From positions 3,136,001 to 3,200,000 of the forward strand of contig OY843751.1 in assembly GCA_963693055.1 (NCBI GenBank): 64,000 bases of DNA, read 5' to 3'. The notes beneath the pieces were generated by a model. That model saw nothing but the letters and a program-made list of their open reading frames with translations. It was not told where the DNA came from and made no database searches. Positions 28,198 to 38,047 of this stretch are shown piece after piece (position 1 is the first letter of the stretch; each line of letters begins with the position of its first letter). The DNA comes from a bacterium (GTDB lineage: Bacteria > Zhuqueibacterota > Zhuqueibacteria > Residuimicrobiales > Krinioviventaceae). The position numbers and the translations under genes are program-made.

Positions 28198-31011
28198 TTA
28201 TTCTTTTTCAGGATACAATATCACTTTAATATAGTGGTCTTTATGTAAATATTGCTGTGCTGCTCTTTGAATATCCTCAGCTTTTAACGATTTGATTCGA
28301 TCTTCCTGTTTAAGCATATCTGTAAGCGGCAATTGGTCTAAATGATAACTGAACATATTACTTAACCAGTAACCATTTTCTTTTAGATTGACCTCAAGAT
28401 CTCTCAAATCTGTTTCTCTGATCTTAACCAGGTACTTTTCATCAGGGCCAAATGATTTAACACTATCCAATTGTGTAAATATAGCCTGTGTCAATTCATC
28501 AACACGTTCTGGATCACATCCTAAACTGATAGTAAATTGGTACTGCTCTTTGGGGATATGAGCCGTACTTGCAGATACACGAACACCATATGTACCACCT
28601 TTATCTTCGCGAATAACCTCACGGAGTTTAATTCGTAGCATATCAGCAAGCGCACCTATTTCAAACTGATTTTGTTTAGACCAGTCAAATTCACCCGTAA
28701 AAACAATAGCAACACGGCTCTTGGGTTCCAGTCCTTTATAGACTGCTTTTTCTACCACACCCTCAGGAGCAGTAACGCCTTTATCCTCCCAACTTTCAGT
28801 ACCGGGTTTGGCTGGCAGATTTGCTAAATAGGTTGCTGACAATTTCTTTAATTGATCAAGATCTAAATTGCCTACAAAAAAGAATACAAAATCATCCGTA
28901 TCTGCAAAGCGTTCTTTATAAAATTCCATAGACTTGTCAAGATCCATTTCTTTCATTATATCTAGTGTCCAGGGACGAGCACGATAATGATGATTAGCCA
29001 AGGTTACCTGTAATGTATCTTGGTAGGCGGCTTCAGGTTGGGCACTGCGGTTTTCAAGATACCCTTTCATTTTGGTCTGATAGGCCTGAAATGCAGTTGT
29101 GTCTTTACGGGGTGATGTAATATGTAAATAAATCAACTGGAACATGGTTTCAAGATCTTCCGGAGAAGCGCTACCCGCAATACCTTCGGCATTCGTTCCT
29201 ATCCACGGGCCTACACTAACCACCTTACCAGCCAGCATTTTTTGCATTGTAATTTTGTCAAATTTACCGGCTCCACCCTCTGTTACAACAGTGGAAGCTG
29301 TAGAAGCAGAAACAAAGTTGTCTTTATCCGAATGAGAATCGCCGCCATAACTATACGCGTTAAACTGGACTTCATCATTTTTAAAGTCTGTTTTCTTGGC
29401 ATAAACTGTTATACCATTAGAAAGCTTGAAAACATCTATTCCCAGCTCGTCAATTCGACTTTCTTCAACAATACTACCCGGTTCTGGTAGATCCGCAACC
29501 AGAGGTTCATCAGAAACATTGTCTACATATGCTTCAAGCTTTTGTGAATCGGTTTTCTCAAAAATTGAGGATAATTGTTCTTCCGAAGGTATGCTTAATT
29601 CAGATTTTTCAGGTGCATCAACAAGTACAACTCTGTTATTTTTAGTCAACCATTTTTCAGCAATAGCATTTACTTCATCAAGCGTTACACCATCAATGTA
29701 TTTTTGAGCGAGTGCATATTCATACGCTATACCGGGGATGGGTTCTCCCTGCAAAAAATTACGAGTATATTCCTGTGCGTAACGAGAGGATTCTGTTTTA
29801 TCTCTTTCAAGATATGATTTTTCAAGATAACGTAATATATCTTTTTTTGATCGTTCAAGTTCAGTATCAGTAAAACCAAATTGTCTTACTCGGTTTGCCT
29901 CTGTGAGCAGTGCTTCCATTCCCTTTTCTATACCATCTTCGGAAACAAGGGCACCCATAAAATAAACACCTTTGGTGCGAACCATTTCTCCTTCAGATGA
30001 AAACCCATACAAGAAAGGGGGCTCAGCCTGTTGGGTCAGTTCTTCAAGGCGAGTGTTTAACATATTATTATATAAAGATTCCACCAGTCCCTGACGGTAA
30101 TCTCTGACTGTGTTATCAGTCTCTAATTCATGTTTATAATACAATCTCACAATTGTACGAGTTGCTTCAGGGTCAGTTGCAATTGAAAACAAGGTTTCCG
30201 TATGATCAGGAATTTGAGACAGCTCTCTCTTTTTTTCATCCTTTAACGGAGGAATATTGGCAAAATGTTTTTCAATTAAACTTTTGATCCAGGTTTCATC
30301 AAAATCACCAACAGCAATGACTGCCATTAAATCAGGTCTGTACCAATCTTTGTAAAAGGAAACCAGTTTTTCATGTTCAAAATTTTCCAAAATATCCAGT
30401 TTTCCAATGGGTAAACGGCTGGCGTACTTTGAACCTTGATAGAGAATGGGTTGGTGTTTATCAAACATTCTTGCGTTTGCACCTCGTCCCAGTCGCCATT
30501 CTTCAATAATAACTCCCCGCTCTTTATCAATTTCTTCCGGTTCAAAACTTATATTTTGAGACCAATCATGTAAAATTTGAAAAGCAGTTTCCACAATTTC
30601 CACGCTATCAGTAGGGATATTGAGCATATATACGGTTTCATCAAAACTTGTATATGCATTTATTTCAGGGCCAAACTGCATACCAATGGATTCAAGATAG
30701 TCTATCAATTCGTGTTTTTTGAAATTTTCAGTTCCATTAAATGCCATGTGCTCACAAAAATGAGCAAGTCCCTGCTGATCATCATTCTCAAGAATAGAAC
30801 CTGCATTTACTACCAGGAACAATTGCGCTCTGTTTTCTGGCTTTTTATTGTTGCGAATGTAAAAAGTCAAACCATTTTCAAATTTACCTTTTGTAATAGA
30901 TGGCTGAACAGGAATTTCATCATCCAGGTTAAACGAATAATTGTCTAATGATTGAGAAAACACAATCCCATACAAAAACAAAAAAACAAACAACAGTACA
31001 AACTTTTTCAT
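28198..31011 (-). CDS. M16 family zinc protease (PqqL-like)
   Basis: Inverted zincin 'AHFCEHMAFNGT', 'NAYTSFDETVY', 'LREVIREDKGGTY'. Confidence 0.93.
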   Translation of the reverse strand: MKKFVLLFVFLFLYGIVFSQSLDNYSFNLDDEIPVQPSITKGKFENGLTFYIRNNKKPENRAQLFLVVNAGSILENDDQQGLAHFCEHMAFNGTENFKKHELIDYLESIGMQFGPEINAYTSFDETVYMLNIPTDSVEIVETAFQILHDWSQNISFEPEEIDKERGVIIEEWRLGRGANARMFDKHQPILYQGSKYASRLPIGKLDILENFEHEKLVSFYKDWYRPDLMAVIAVGDFDETWIKSLIEKHFANIPPLKDEKKRELSQIPDHTETLFSIATDPEATRTIVRLYYKHELETDNTVRDYRQGLVESLYNNMLNTRLEELTQQAEPPFLYGFSSEGEMVRTKGVYFMGALVSEDGIEKGMEALLTEANRVRQFGFTDTELERSKKDILRYLEKSYLERDKTESSRYAQEYTRNFLQGEPIPGIAYEYALAQKYIDGVTLDEVNAIAEKWLTKNNRVVLVDAPEKSELSIPSEEQLSSIFEKTDSQKLEAYVDNVSDEPLVADLPEPGSIVEESRIDELGIDVFKLSNGITVYAKKTDFKNDEVQFNAYSYGGDSHSDKDNFVSASTASTVVTEGGAGKFDKITMQKMLAGKVVSVGPWIGTNAEGIAGSASPEDLETMFQLIYLHITSPRKDTTAFQAYQTKMKGYLENRSAQPEAAYQDTLQVTLANHHYRARPWTLDIMKEMDLDKSMEFYKERFADTDDFVFFFVGNLDLDQLKKLSATYLANLPAKPGTESWEDKGVTAPEGVVEKAVYKGLEPKSRVAIVFTGEFDWSKQNQFEIGALADMLRIKLREVIREDKGGTYGVRVSASTAHIPKEQYQFTISLGCDPERVDELTQAIFTQLDSVKSFGPDEKYLVKIRETDLRDLEVNLKENGYWLSNMFSYHLDQLPLTDMLKQEDRIKSLKAEDIQRAAQQYLHKDHYIKVILYPEKE

Positions 31012-31128
31012 AATCTGTCCTTATCTTTATTATTCTATAGAACAAAGGTGTAAACAAAATAATTTAAAAATTATTTATAAATTATATGGCAGAAACAGCA
31101 AATTGTTTCATCCCCGAATCGATTATTT

Positions 31129-31305
31129 TCAGGTTTTATTCTTGGGCGAATGCAAAACACACGGTTTTCCGGACGATTGCAAAACTTCTATTGAAGGGAT
31201 TTTTTTTGATTTTATTTTAAATGCTTTACAGCCATAAGGGAATTGCTTGTCCCAGGTAATATAGAAATGAATACATTGATAGCAGTTGGGAGATTTTTGA
31301 TTCAT
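31129..31305 (-). CDS. Small four-Cys protein
   Basis: 58 aa 'CYQC.HFYITWD..FPYGC.AF..KS...PS..V..SSG..C', a conserved small-protein pattern I recognise. Confidence 0.75.
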   Translation of the reverse strand: MNQKSPNCYQCIHFYITWDKQFPYGCKAFKIKSKKIPSIEVLQSSGKPCVLHSPKNKT

Positions 31306-31315
31306 AGTTTTAAAC

Positions 31316-31351
31316 AAAAAAACGCCCATTCAATTAAATTGAGGGCGTTTT
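31316..31351 (-). terminator. Intrinsic terminator after flgM
   Basis: AAAACGCCC...GGGCGTTTTTTT on the minus strand. Confidence 0.75.
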
Positions 31352-31377
31352 AAAAATTTAATTTATGTAAACAACCA

Positions 31378-31761
31378 TTATATATTATGGTCAATTTTCT
31401 TTACATCGTTAACCATCATTTTAGATACAGAGTCTAACACATCATCAGTATCATAAAATCCCTGGCTTACTTTTTCTTTAATCTCTTCAATACGTTCAGC
31501 AGAAACAGAAGCTTCCGGTGAAACATTTGTTAAAACAGGTGCTGAGGTATCTTCACTTGTGTTAATATGCAGACTATAGGCAGACGTTACCCTGTCAGTA
31601 TTTGCCTGTCTACTTGAAGTATTACCACTAATCTCAACACGATCTTTTAATGAAGATGATTTGGGAGCCTCTTCACTATTACTGGTTTTTTTATCCTTGA
31701 TATCATTATTATTCGTGTTATCAGGATTAAAAATGCGAGTGTTATTGGAATTAATTTTCAT
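31378..31761 (-). CDS. flgM: Anti-sigma28 factor FlgM
   Basis: 'DRVEIS' and 'ERIEEIKEKVSQGFY...VSKMM'. Confidence 0.8.
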   Translation of the reverse strand: MKINSNNTRIFNPDNTNNNDIKDKKTSNSEEAPKSSSLKDRVEISGNTSSRQANTDRVTSAYSLHINTSEDTSAPVLTNVSPEASVSAERIEEIKEKVSQGFYDTDDVLDSVSKMMVNDVKKIDHNI

Positions 31762-31779
31762 AATATACAACCCAAATGA

Positions 31780-32214
31780 TTAAACATTAAACTCTATCGA
31801 TGAGTGCTCACCATGTAAAGCTTTAAAGGTCTGCATCATTTTGGTACCGGTCCGTGCCTGTTTCAATGAATGAGCATTTTCTTGTAACAATTGCTTAGAT
31901 GAGACAAAAAGTTTATCTAATTTCACCTTGTTCTTATTTGTCTGATCTTTTATATCTTTGATTAAAGATAATATATATGAATTAAAAATACCAGTATTAT
32001 TTTCATAATTTAATTCAATAAATCTTTTAATATCAGTATCGGCACGAACAACCATAACTTGAGTTTTTTTTATTGAATTAAACAATGAATTTAAACTTTT
32101 TAAATTCTCAGTACCCAAACAAACCATCAACTGATCATTTAAATTCAAGAGTTGTTTAATATTTCTCAATTGTCCTTCAAGCAACAAGGACAACTGTTGA
32201 TCATGTACAGACAT
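31780..32214 (-). CDS. FlgN/FliT-like helical flagellar export chaperone
   Basis: All-helical, 144 aa, between flaG and flgM; weak FlgN-like pattern. Confidence 0.45.
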   Translation of the reverse strand: MSVHDQQLSLLLEGQLRNIKQLLNLNDQLMVCLGTENLKSLNSLFNSIKKTQVMVVRADTDIKRFIELNYENNTGIFNSYILSLIKDIKDQTNKNKVKLDKLFVSSKQLLQENAHSLKQARTGTKMMQTFKALHGEHSSIEFNV

Positions 32215-32241
32215 ATCTAGTCCGCTTTTTTTAATTATTAC

Positions 32242-32646
32242 CTAGTATTCCTTGTCAAACAAGACACCAATAACATCCTGCATTTTAGAAGCAATTCTCA
32301 AAATCTCTTCACTTGGAATCTGTCTTACAACTTCATCCGTTTCAGAATTGATAATTTTGACAATCGTATCACCCGTTGATTCATCTTTTGAGAAATTCAA
32401 ATGGGTTTCAAAATGCCGATTCAAATCTTCCAGTGCAACGATAGCTGCATCTATCTCATCTTGAGATACAGCAGAATCAGTTTCTTCTTCCGGTGGAGAT
32501 TGAAGTTTTTGATCTTCTTTTTTGGTACTTTTGGTCAAATCCTTTGTTTCTTTAACCGCCGGCACCGGGTTTTTCTCCACGGATGGCACAGAAATTTGAC
32601 TATAGGTGCTGAAATAACTAGCATTGTCAATACTTTCTACCATCAT
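32242..32646 (-). CDS. flaG: Flagellar protein FlaG
   Basis: 'LNFSKDESTG..IVKIINSETDEVVRQIPSEE...GVLFD'. Confidence 0.92.
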   Translation of the reverse strand: MMVESIDNASYFSTYSQISVPSVEKNPVPAVKETKDLTKSTKKEDQKLQSPPEEETDSAVSQDEIDAAIVALEDLNRHFETHLNFSKDESTGDTIVKIINSETDEVVRQIPSEEILRIASKMQDVIGVLFDKEY

Positions 32647-32676
32647 TGCTTACTCCTGTCAATTAGACAGTCTTTC

Positions 32677-34473
32677 TTAACTTGTATAGGAAGCAACTGA
32701 AGCAAGGATACTATCCATTAAAGATTGCTGCTGAATAACTGCATTGTATGTATTTTGTAAAGCAGCATATTTTTCGATATAGTATTCTTGCAACCGCTCT
32801 AAACGTTCTTCCTGTCGTTCAATGTTATTATCAATTGATTCAATTTGACTTTCGATACCCTCTTTACTGACATCAATAATACCATCAGTTTCAAGATACG
32901 GATCGATCAACTCTGCGACTCTGGTTGCAATACCATCAGTTGAATTAAATAGATTTTGAACAGCCTGACTATCGTTTACCAAAAAATCTTCAAGCAAATC
33001 CGAATCAGCAATAGTCAAATTCATATCTTCATCAAACTCGATACCAATTCCTATTAAAGTTGATGGATCTCCCTCAGTTATGTCCGTTATTGTACTTGTA
33101 GCAATATTTAAAAGTGAGAAACGAACATCCCGAAAAACAGTTTCTCCGGTCAATGCACCGCGGGTATAAGTATCCATATCAATTTCAGAATTTGTTTTCA
33201 CAAATTCAAGGATACCATTAAACTTTGAAATAAAATTTTCAATATTCTTTTTAACCTGGGACGTATTCTTTGTTGATGAGATTTGAACTGAGGTTGTATC
33301 TGAATCTGTATAATCACCATTAGCAACCGTAACATCATTCAAGTTTATCTCAAGGCCATTCAATTCAAAGGTGTTACTGGATTTTGTAATCTCATTTGCA
33401 GAATCAGTACTATTGATTGTAAAAATCGCATCTTGTCCCAAATTTTGTACAACACCGTTAAATTTTAGCGATTCTGACAGAAAAGTACCCTCAACATCTT
33501 CAAACTGAATTTCACCACTTCCTTGTGTGTTCGAAGTGATCATTACTTTATCCAATGAATCATCATAAAAAGCTGTAACACCCGCTTCAGATGAATTGAT
33601 ACGGGAAATAATTTCATTTAACGTATCTTCGCCAGCATTCCAATCAATGGAAATTCCATTAATTTTAAAGCTGCCGGTATCTGACTCATCGAGTTCAGTA
33701 TCAAAATTCACTTTATGCAATAATACATCTGTCTGTAAACCAGTGGAAACAGGTGAATTCTGAGATGGCAAGTTACCATATTCACCAGTTTCCATATTAA
33801 TCGCTGTAAAAAATCCTACACCACTAGCACCTGCTGTTTCGGATATTGAAAGTTTTGTTGCAGAAGGATCATCATTTTCAATAAAAATTTTATCAAGCGT
33901 TTCATTATAATATATATTAACATTCGCAGTGCTATCGTTTCGAATATCTGTCAGCATGTCATTTACAGTTTCATAATCAGCCAGATTAAATTCTTTACCA
34001 TTGATAGTGATGGTTCCTGTGGCCTCTGTTTCAAAGCCAGCATCAGCGAAACTTTCATAAATATCCAGTTCGTCAGAACCGGCAACAACCTGAAAAGCAC
34101 TTGCTGCAGCAATAGAAGAATTCAATTGCGAGGTACTAATCATTGAAGTAGATGTTGCCAGTTGTTTAACACGAATGTTAAATGTTCCGACAGCAGCATC
34201 ATCATTGGCCTTGACAGATACGGTGTCACTGTCACTGGAAGATACAGATACAGCATTAAAGATAGTATTATCTTCAGTATCTGTAAAATCCTCAGCCAAA
34301 TCCTGCAAGTCTTCCAGGTATGTTGCCAGTTTGTCATAATAAGCTGTCTTGGCGTTTACTCTGTCTTTACGGTCTTCCAACTCGTAAATAGGTTCGCGCT
34401 CAAGAGACATTAGCTGACTAACATAACTCGTCAAACTACCGCTGGAATAAGATGATGTACTAATACTGGGCAT
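32677..34473 (-). CDS. fliD: Flagellar filament cap FliD
   Basis: 'VSQLMSLER.P', 'VKQLAT', 'GQDA', 'SSNTF', C-terminal coiled coil. Confidence 0.92.
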   Translation of the reverse strand: MPSISTSSYSSGSLTSYVSQLMSLEREPIYELEDRKDRVNAKTAYYDKLATYLEDLQDLAEDFTDTEDNTIFNAVSVSSSDSDTVSVKANDDAAVGTFNIRVKQLATSTSMISTSQLNSSIAAASAFQVVAGSDELDIYESFADAGFETEATGTITINGKEFNLADYETVNDMLTDIRNDSTANVNIYYNETLDKIFIENDDPSATKLSISETAGASGVGFFTAINMETGEYGNLPSQNSPVSTGLQTDVLLHKVNFDTELDESDTGSFKINGISIDWNAGEDTLNEIISRINSSEAGVTAFYDDSLDKVMITSNTQGSGEIQFEDVEGTFLSESLKFNGVVQNLGQDAIFTINSTDSANEITKSSNTFELNGLEINLNDVTVANGDYTDSDTTSVQISSTKNTSQVKKNIENFISKFNGILEFVKTNSEIDMDTYTRGALTGETVFRDVRFSLLNIATSTITDITEGDPSTLIGIGIEFDEDMNLTIADSDLLEDFLVNDSQAVQNLFNSTDGIATRVAELIDPYLETDGIIDVSKEGIESQIESIDNNIERQEERLERLQEYYIEKYAALQNTYNAVIQQQSLMDSILASVASYTS

Positions 34474-34489
34474 GGTTCATCTCCAAAAC

Positions 34490-34831
34490 TCAGGCAGCTT
34501 TTTGCTGCCGTAAAGCCTCTATCCAGGTATTTCGCAAGTCCGATAAAATTATTTGGGCTTTGCTGTATTCCTGTTTTTGAATTAATTGCATTGAATATTC
34601 ATATAATCTAAACAGACCAGTAGCGATCTCATTATATTTAAAATCAAGTGAATCTATTAATTGAGCAACAGCTTTGGAAGCTTTACGGTTATCATTCGCT
34701 TTGCAACCAACTATTGCCTGATCATATAAAAACAATACTAATTTCTCAGGTGATGAAGACATTACTTCATTTTCCTGATATGTATTTATTTTCCTCAACG
34801 TGGTACGTTGTGACACGTCTGAATATAGCAT
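34490..34831 (-). CDS. fliS: Flagellin chaperone FliS
   Basis: 'SSPEKLVLFLYD', 'LIDSLD', 'LFRLYEY', 'LRNTW'. Confidence 0.9.
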   Translation of the reverse strand: MLYSDVSQRTTLRKINTYQENEVMSSSPEKLVLFLYDQAIVGCKANDNRKASKAVAQLIDSLDFKYNEIATGLFRLYEYSMQLIQKQEYSKAQIILSDLRNTWIEALRQQKAA

Positions 34832-34865
34832 CTTATAACTCCCATAACGAAAATCATCCCATCAA

Positions 34866-34899
34866 TTTTGGCACGTCCACAATAAAAGACGTGCCAAAA
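34866..34899. repeat. 12-bp inverted repeat after fliC (mRNA-stabilising or attenuating stem)
   Basis: TTTTGGCACGTC-N10-GACGTGCCAAAA; no U-tract follows the stem. Confidence 0.65.
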
Positions 34900-34913
34900 A
34901 TTATACCAAACTA

Positions 34914-36140
34914 TTAACCAAACAGTGACAATACAGCTTGTGGCTGAGTATTTGCCTGAGCCAACATTGCTGTAGCAGTCTGTTGTAAGATCTGGAATTT
35001 AGTAGCTTCTAACTGCTCTTCTGCCATATCAGCGTCCATAATACGACTGTATGAAGATTGAGTGTTGATTTGAGCTACTGACAATGATTCTTCCTGGAAG
35101 CTGAGTCGGTTGAACTGACCACCAAGATAAGCCAATGCTTCCTGAACACCATCAATTGCAGAGTCTACTTTGGCCATAAATGCCTGAGATGACTCTTGGT
35201 CAGAAACACTGCTACCACCTTTTGCATAGTCAAAACCGATAGATAAGGATTGTTCTGTTGCTGTTGAAATTGCACCCAAGTCAATTGAAACACCTACTCC
35301 GAGATCAATTACTGCAGGATCTCCACCACCAGCAACTGTTGTTGTAAGGGTGTTGCCCACGTAATTTGTAGCACCATCAGTATCAGAATTGATATCCATC
35401 AGATTTCCTTCATCATCACGGATTTCAATACTGATTGTACCATTTGTAGTTACGCTAGCATTCATTGTATAGTGGCCTGTTCCCAATTCATCTGTTAAAG
35501 TATTGAATGTTGAGGAAGCAGCAAGTGATCCACTAATGCCGCCACTGGCACTATTATTTGATTCAGTTACAGAACCGGTAGCTGTTGCAGCTGCAACAAC
35601 ATCAAGACCTGAAGAATCCAACCCGGTAACACTAACATTACTCAATACATCCATTACCAGTTCGTCTTTAACAGAATCATTTCCTACACCAATCTGGAAA
35701 TTCATAGTGCCGGTAAGCATATTGGTACCAAACCAGTCAGCTTGTCCTACTTCTGCGTCAATCTGGGAGTTAAATTTTTGCAATTCTTGTAAAATTGCGG
35801 TTCTTTCACTTGTTCCAAGTGTATCGTTTGCAGCCTGAACAGCTTTGGTTTTCATCTGGTTCAAGATCTCCAAAACATTATTCAAGTGACCTTCAGCGGT
35901 CGTCATAACGTTTTTAGCATCACCAATGTTATCAATAGCCTGTCCAAGACCACGGGCCTTTGTATCAAGACCACCTGCGATGGCGAGACCAGCCGCATCA
36001 TCAGCTGCAGAGTTGATGCGTTTACCGGTAGCCAAACGTAACTGATGTGTACCCAGTTTTGAATTGATCGATTTTAACGAATTGAGTGCGCTCATCGCGC
36101 CTATATTCGTATTAATACGACTAAAATCTGCAGTTGCCAT
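34914..36140 (-). CDS. fliC: Flagellin
   Basis: 'RINTN', 'LATGKRINSAADDAAGL', 'SRIMDADMAEE', 'ILQQ...MLAQAN'. Confidence 0.97.
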   Translation of the reverse strand: MATADFSRINTNIGAMSALNSLKSINSKLGTHQLRLATGKRINSAADDAAGLAIAGGLDTKARGLGQAIDNIGDAKNVMTTAEGHLNNVLEILNQMKTKAVQAANDTLGTSERTAILQELQKFNSQIDAEVGQADWFGTNMLTGTMNFQIGVGNDSVKDELVMDVLSNVSVTGLDSSGLDVVAAATATGSVTESNNSASGGISGSLAASSTFNTLTDELGTGHYTMNASVTTNGTISIEIRDDEGNLMDINSDTDGATNYVGNTLTTTVAGGGDPAVIDLGVGVSIDLGAISTATEQSLSIGFDYAKGGSSVSDQESSQAFMAKVDSAIDGVQEALAYLGGQFNRLSFQEESLSVAQINTQSSYSRIMDADMAEEQLEATKFQILQQTATAMLAQANTQPQAVLSLFG

Positions 36141-36164
36141 AATATACCTCCTTGTTAATATTAT

Positions 36165-36182
36165 TTAGGCGTCCATGCCTAA
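36165..36182 (-). promoter_or_regulatory. CsrA-binding hairpin in the fliC leader
   Basis: TTAGGC-ATGGAC-GCCTAA with ANGGA in the loop; second GGA in the SD (AAGGAGG). Confidence 0.75.
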
Positions 36183-36235
36183 TGGTCTAAATTGTTCACT
36201 GCATCATGAATAATTATTTGTCCTTTCAATAATAT

Positions 36236-36262
36236 TTATCGACTGGACGCATTAAAACTTTA
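36236..36262 (-). promoter_or_regulatory. sigma28 (FliA) promoter of fliC
   Basis: TAAAGTTT-N11-GTCGATAA. Confidence 0.85.
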
Positions 36263-36302
36263 ATTTATTACTTAAAAAAAGTAACAAATTAATGGAGGTA
36301 TA

Positions 36303-38030
36303 TTAAGAAGATTGTAGTTGTTCCAGGATATTTTGCAAAACCTGGAGGTTTTGCAAGACGCGGGAATTGTTAGGATCGAGTTTTAATACATTCTTGTACC
36401 CTGTTAATGCAACATCATATCTTCCGGATTTTGCATAACAAGTAGCAACATCTATTAAAACGTCAATATTTTGAGGATCATATTGTAAATATTTTGTATA
36501 ACATTCTATTGCTAGGTCAAATAATTCAAATTTTATTGCTGAACCCGCAATTTTTTTCATAATTTGATAATCATCCGAATATCTGATAATATATTCCGCA
36601 TGGTGAACAAAATTACCCTTTTCATTATTAACCGCACTAATTGTAGCAATTCCAACATGAGCGCCTTGATGATGCGGTTGAAGCAACAAAATACGCTTCC
36701 ATAATTCAACAGCTTGACTCTGATCTTTATTTACCAATTGAGTTGCAACTAAATTCATAATATGAACATCATTAGGGAATTTATCCAATCCCCTTTTCAA
36801 AATATCAATTGGATTACCAAAACCATTATACTTTAGTGCAATTCCAGCCCATTTTTCATAAAAAACGGGTTCAAGCGGTTTATTTTTCTCATAGTCTACT
36901 AACAAATTTTTGGCGTTATGGGGATCGTCCAGTTCTAATAAAAGACGAGCAAAAGCCGTATAATAAACGGGTATATCATCACGTAAATCAATGGCTTTTT
37001 CTAGTGCCGTTCGGGCGTTTTCAAATTCACCCAGGTAATAATAACAGTCAGAAATATTCCCCAAAGCTCGGTGATCAAAATCAAAAGAGTCAATTAATAC
37101 CAGAGTATGTTGAGGATTTTTCTTTTGTTCCCTGCTCAATTTAATAAATCGATTAAATTCTTCAATTGCTTCCCTGTACTTATGCAGGCCCTGCAATACC
37201 AGAGCATGTGCAAAAACCACATCAAGATTACGAGGATTTTTTTGCAACACCTTGTGTATCAACACTTCTGCTTTATCAAACTGCTTTAAACTTATCAGAC
37301 TATAAGCCGTATCGTTTGCAATCATTTGAAAGTGTAAATCATTCATAGTTTCACTACAGACTTTGAATGCTCTGGTTCCAAATTCAACTGCTTTTCTGTA
37401 TTTATGCTGAACACGTAAAATCCTAATATAGTTCTGATATGCAAAGGCATTGTCCGGTTTTTCTTCGAGTTGCTTTAATAACAGTGCAGACGTTCTTTTA
37501 AACTTGGCTTGCATTTGCTCATCTGTTAAATTATACCCATGATGGTAAATGCGTATATTGGTATGCAGCCAGGCAGAATTATGTACCAATTGGTTATGTA
37601 CAATGCCTTCATAATGCGCTTTCCCCTTCCGAAAAACCCGATGAGAATAATTTTTAGAAACACCATGAGGGCTGGAGCTTAACACCGCACAAAAAATAAC
37701 ATCATAAGAATCAGATTTGAGTGCATTTTTTAATAAAATTTTATCATTGGGATCTAATTCTTCATCTGCATCAATTACCATGATCCAATCACAGGTAGCA
37801 TATTGCAGGCTTTGATTTCTTGCCTTACTAAAATCCCCTTCCCAGGGATGATGATATACTTTAGCACCAAAGGATTCCGCAATTTCTACTGTTTTATCTT
37901 CTGAACCTGTATCTACAATAATAATTTCATCTACAACATCTTTAACACTTTTTAAGCATTTGGGTAAAAAGTGTTCCTCGTTTTTAACAATCATACATAG
38001 AGATAATGTGGGGTTGTCACTAACTGCCAT
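36303..38030 (-). CDS. GT2 glycosyltransferase with TPR repeats (probable flagellin glycosylation)
   Basis: 'LSLCMIVKNEE', 'VDTGSED', 'DFSKARN', 'IDADE', 'HHGY', then TPRs. Confidence 0.9.
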   Translation of the reverse strand: MAVSDNPTLSLCMIVKNEEHFLPKCLKSVKDVVDEIIIVDTGSEDKTVEIAESFGAKVYHHPWEGDFSKARNQSLQYATCDWIMVIDADEELDPNDKILLKNALKSDSYDVIFCAVLSSSPHGVSKNYSHRVFRKGKAHYEGIVHNQLVHNSAWLHTNIRIYHHGYNLTDEQMQAKFKRTSALLLKQLEEKPDNAFAYQNYIRILRVQHKYRKAVEFGTRAFKVCSETMNDLHFQMIANDTAYSLISLKQFDKAEVLIHKVLQKNPRNLDVVFAHALVLQGLHKYREAIEEFNRFIKLSREQKKNPQHTLVLIDSFDFDHRALGNISDCYYYLGEFENARTALEKAIDLRDDIPVYYTAFARLLLELDDPHNAKNLLVDYEKNKPLEPVFYEKWAGIALKYNGFGNPIDILKRGLDKFPNDVHIMNLVATQLVNKDQSQAVELWKRILLLQPHHQGAHVGIATISAVNNEKGNFVHHAEYIIRYSDDYQIMKKIAGSAIKFELFDLAIECYTKYLQYDPQNIDVLIDVATCYAKSGRYDVALTGYKNVLKLDPNNSRVLQNLQVLQNILEQLQSS

Positions 38031-38047
38031 TATTTAAACCGTCTTTT

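Noticed and set aside
34880-34899. TGGCACG sigma54-like -24 box upstream of fliS
   Set aside because: No -12 TTGC; the sequence is one arm of an inverted repeat.
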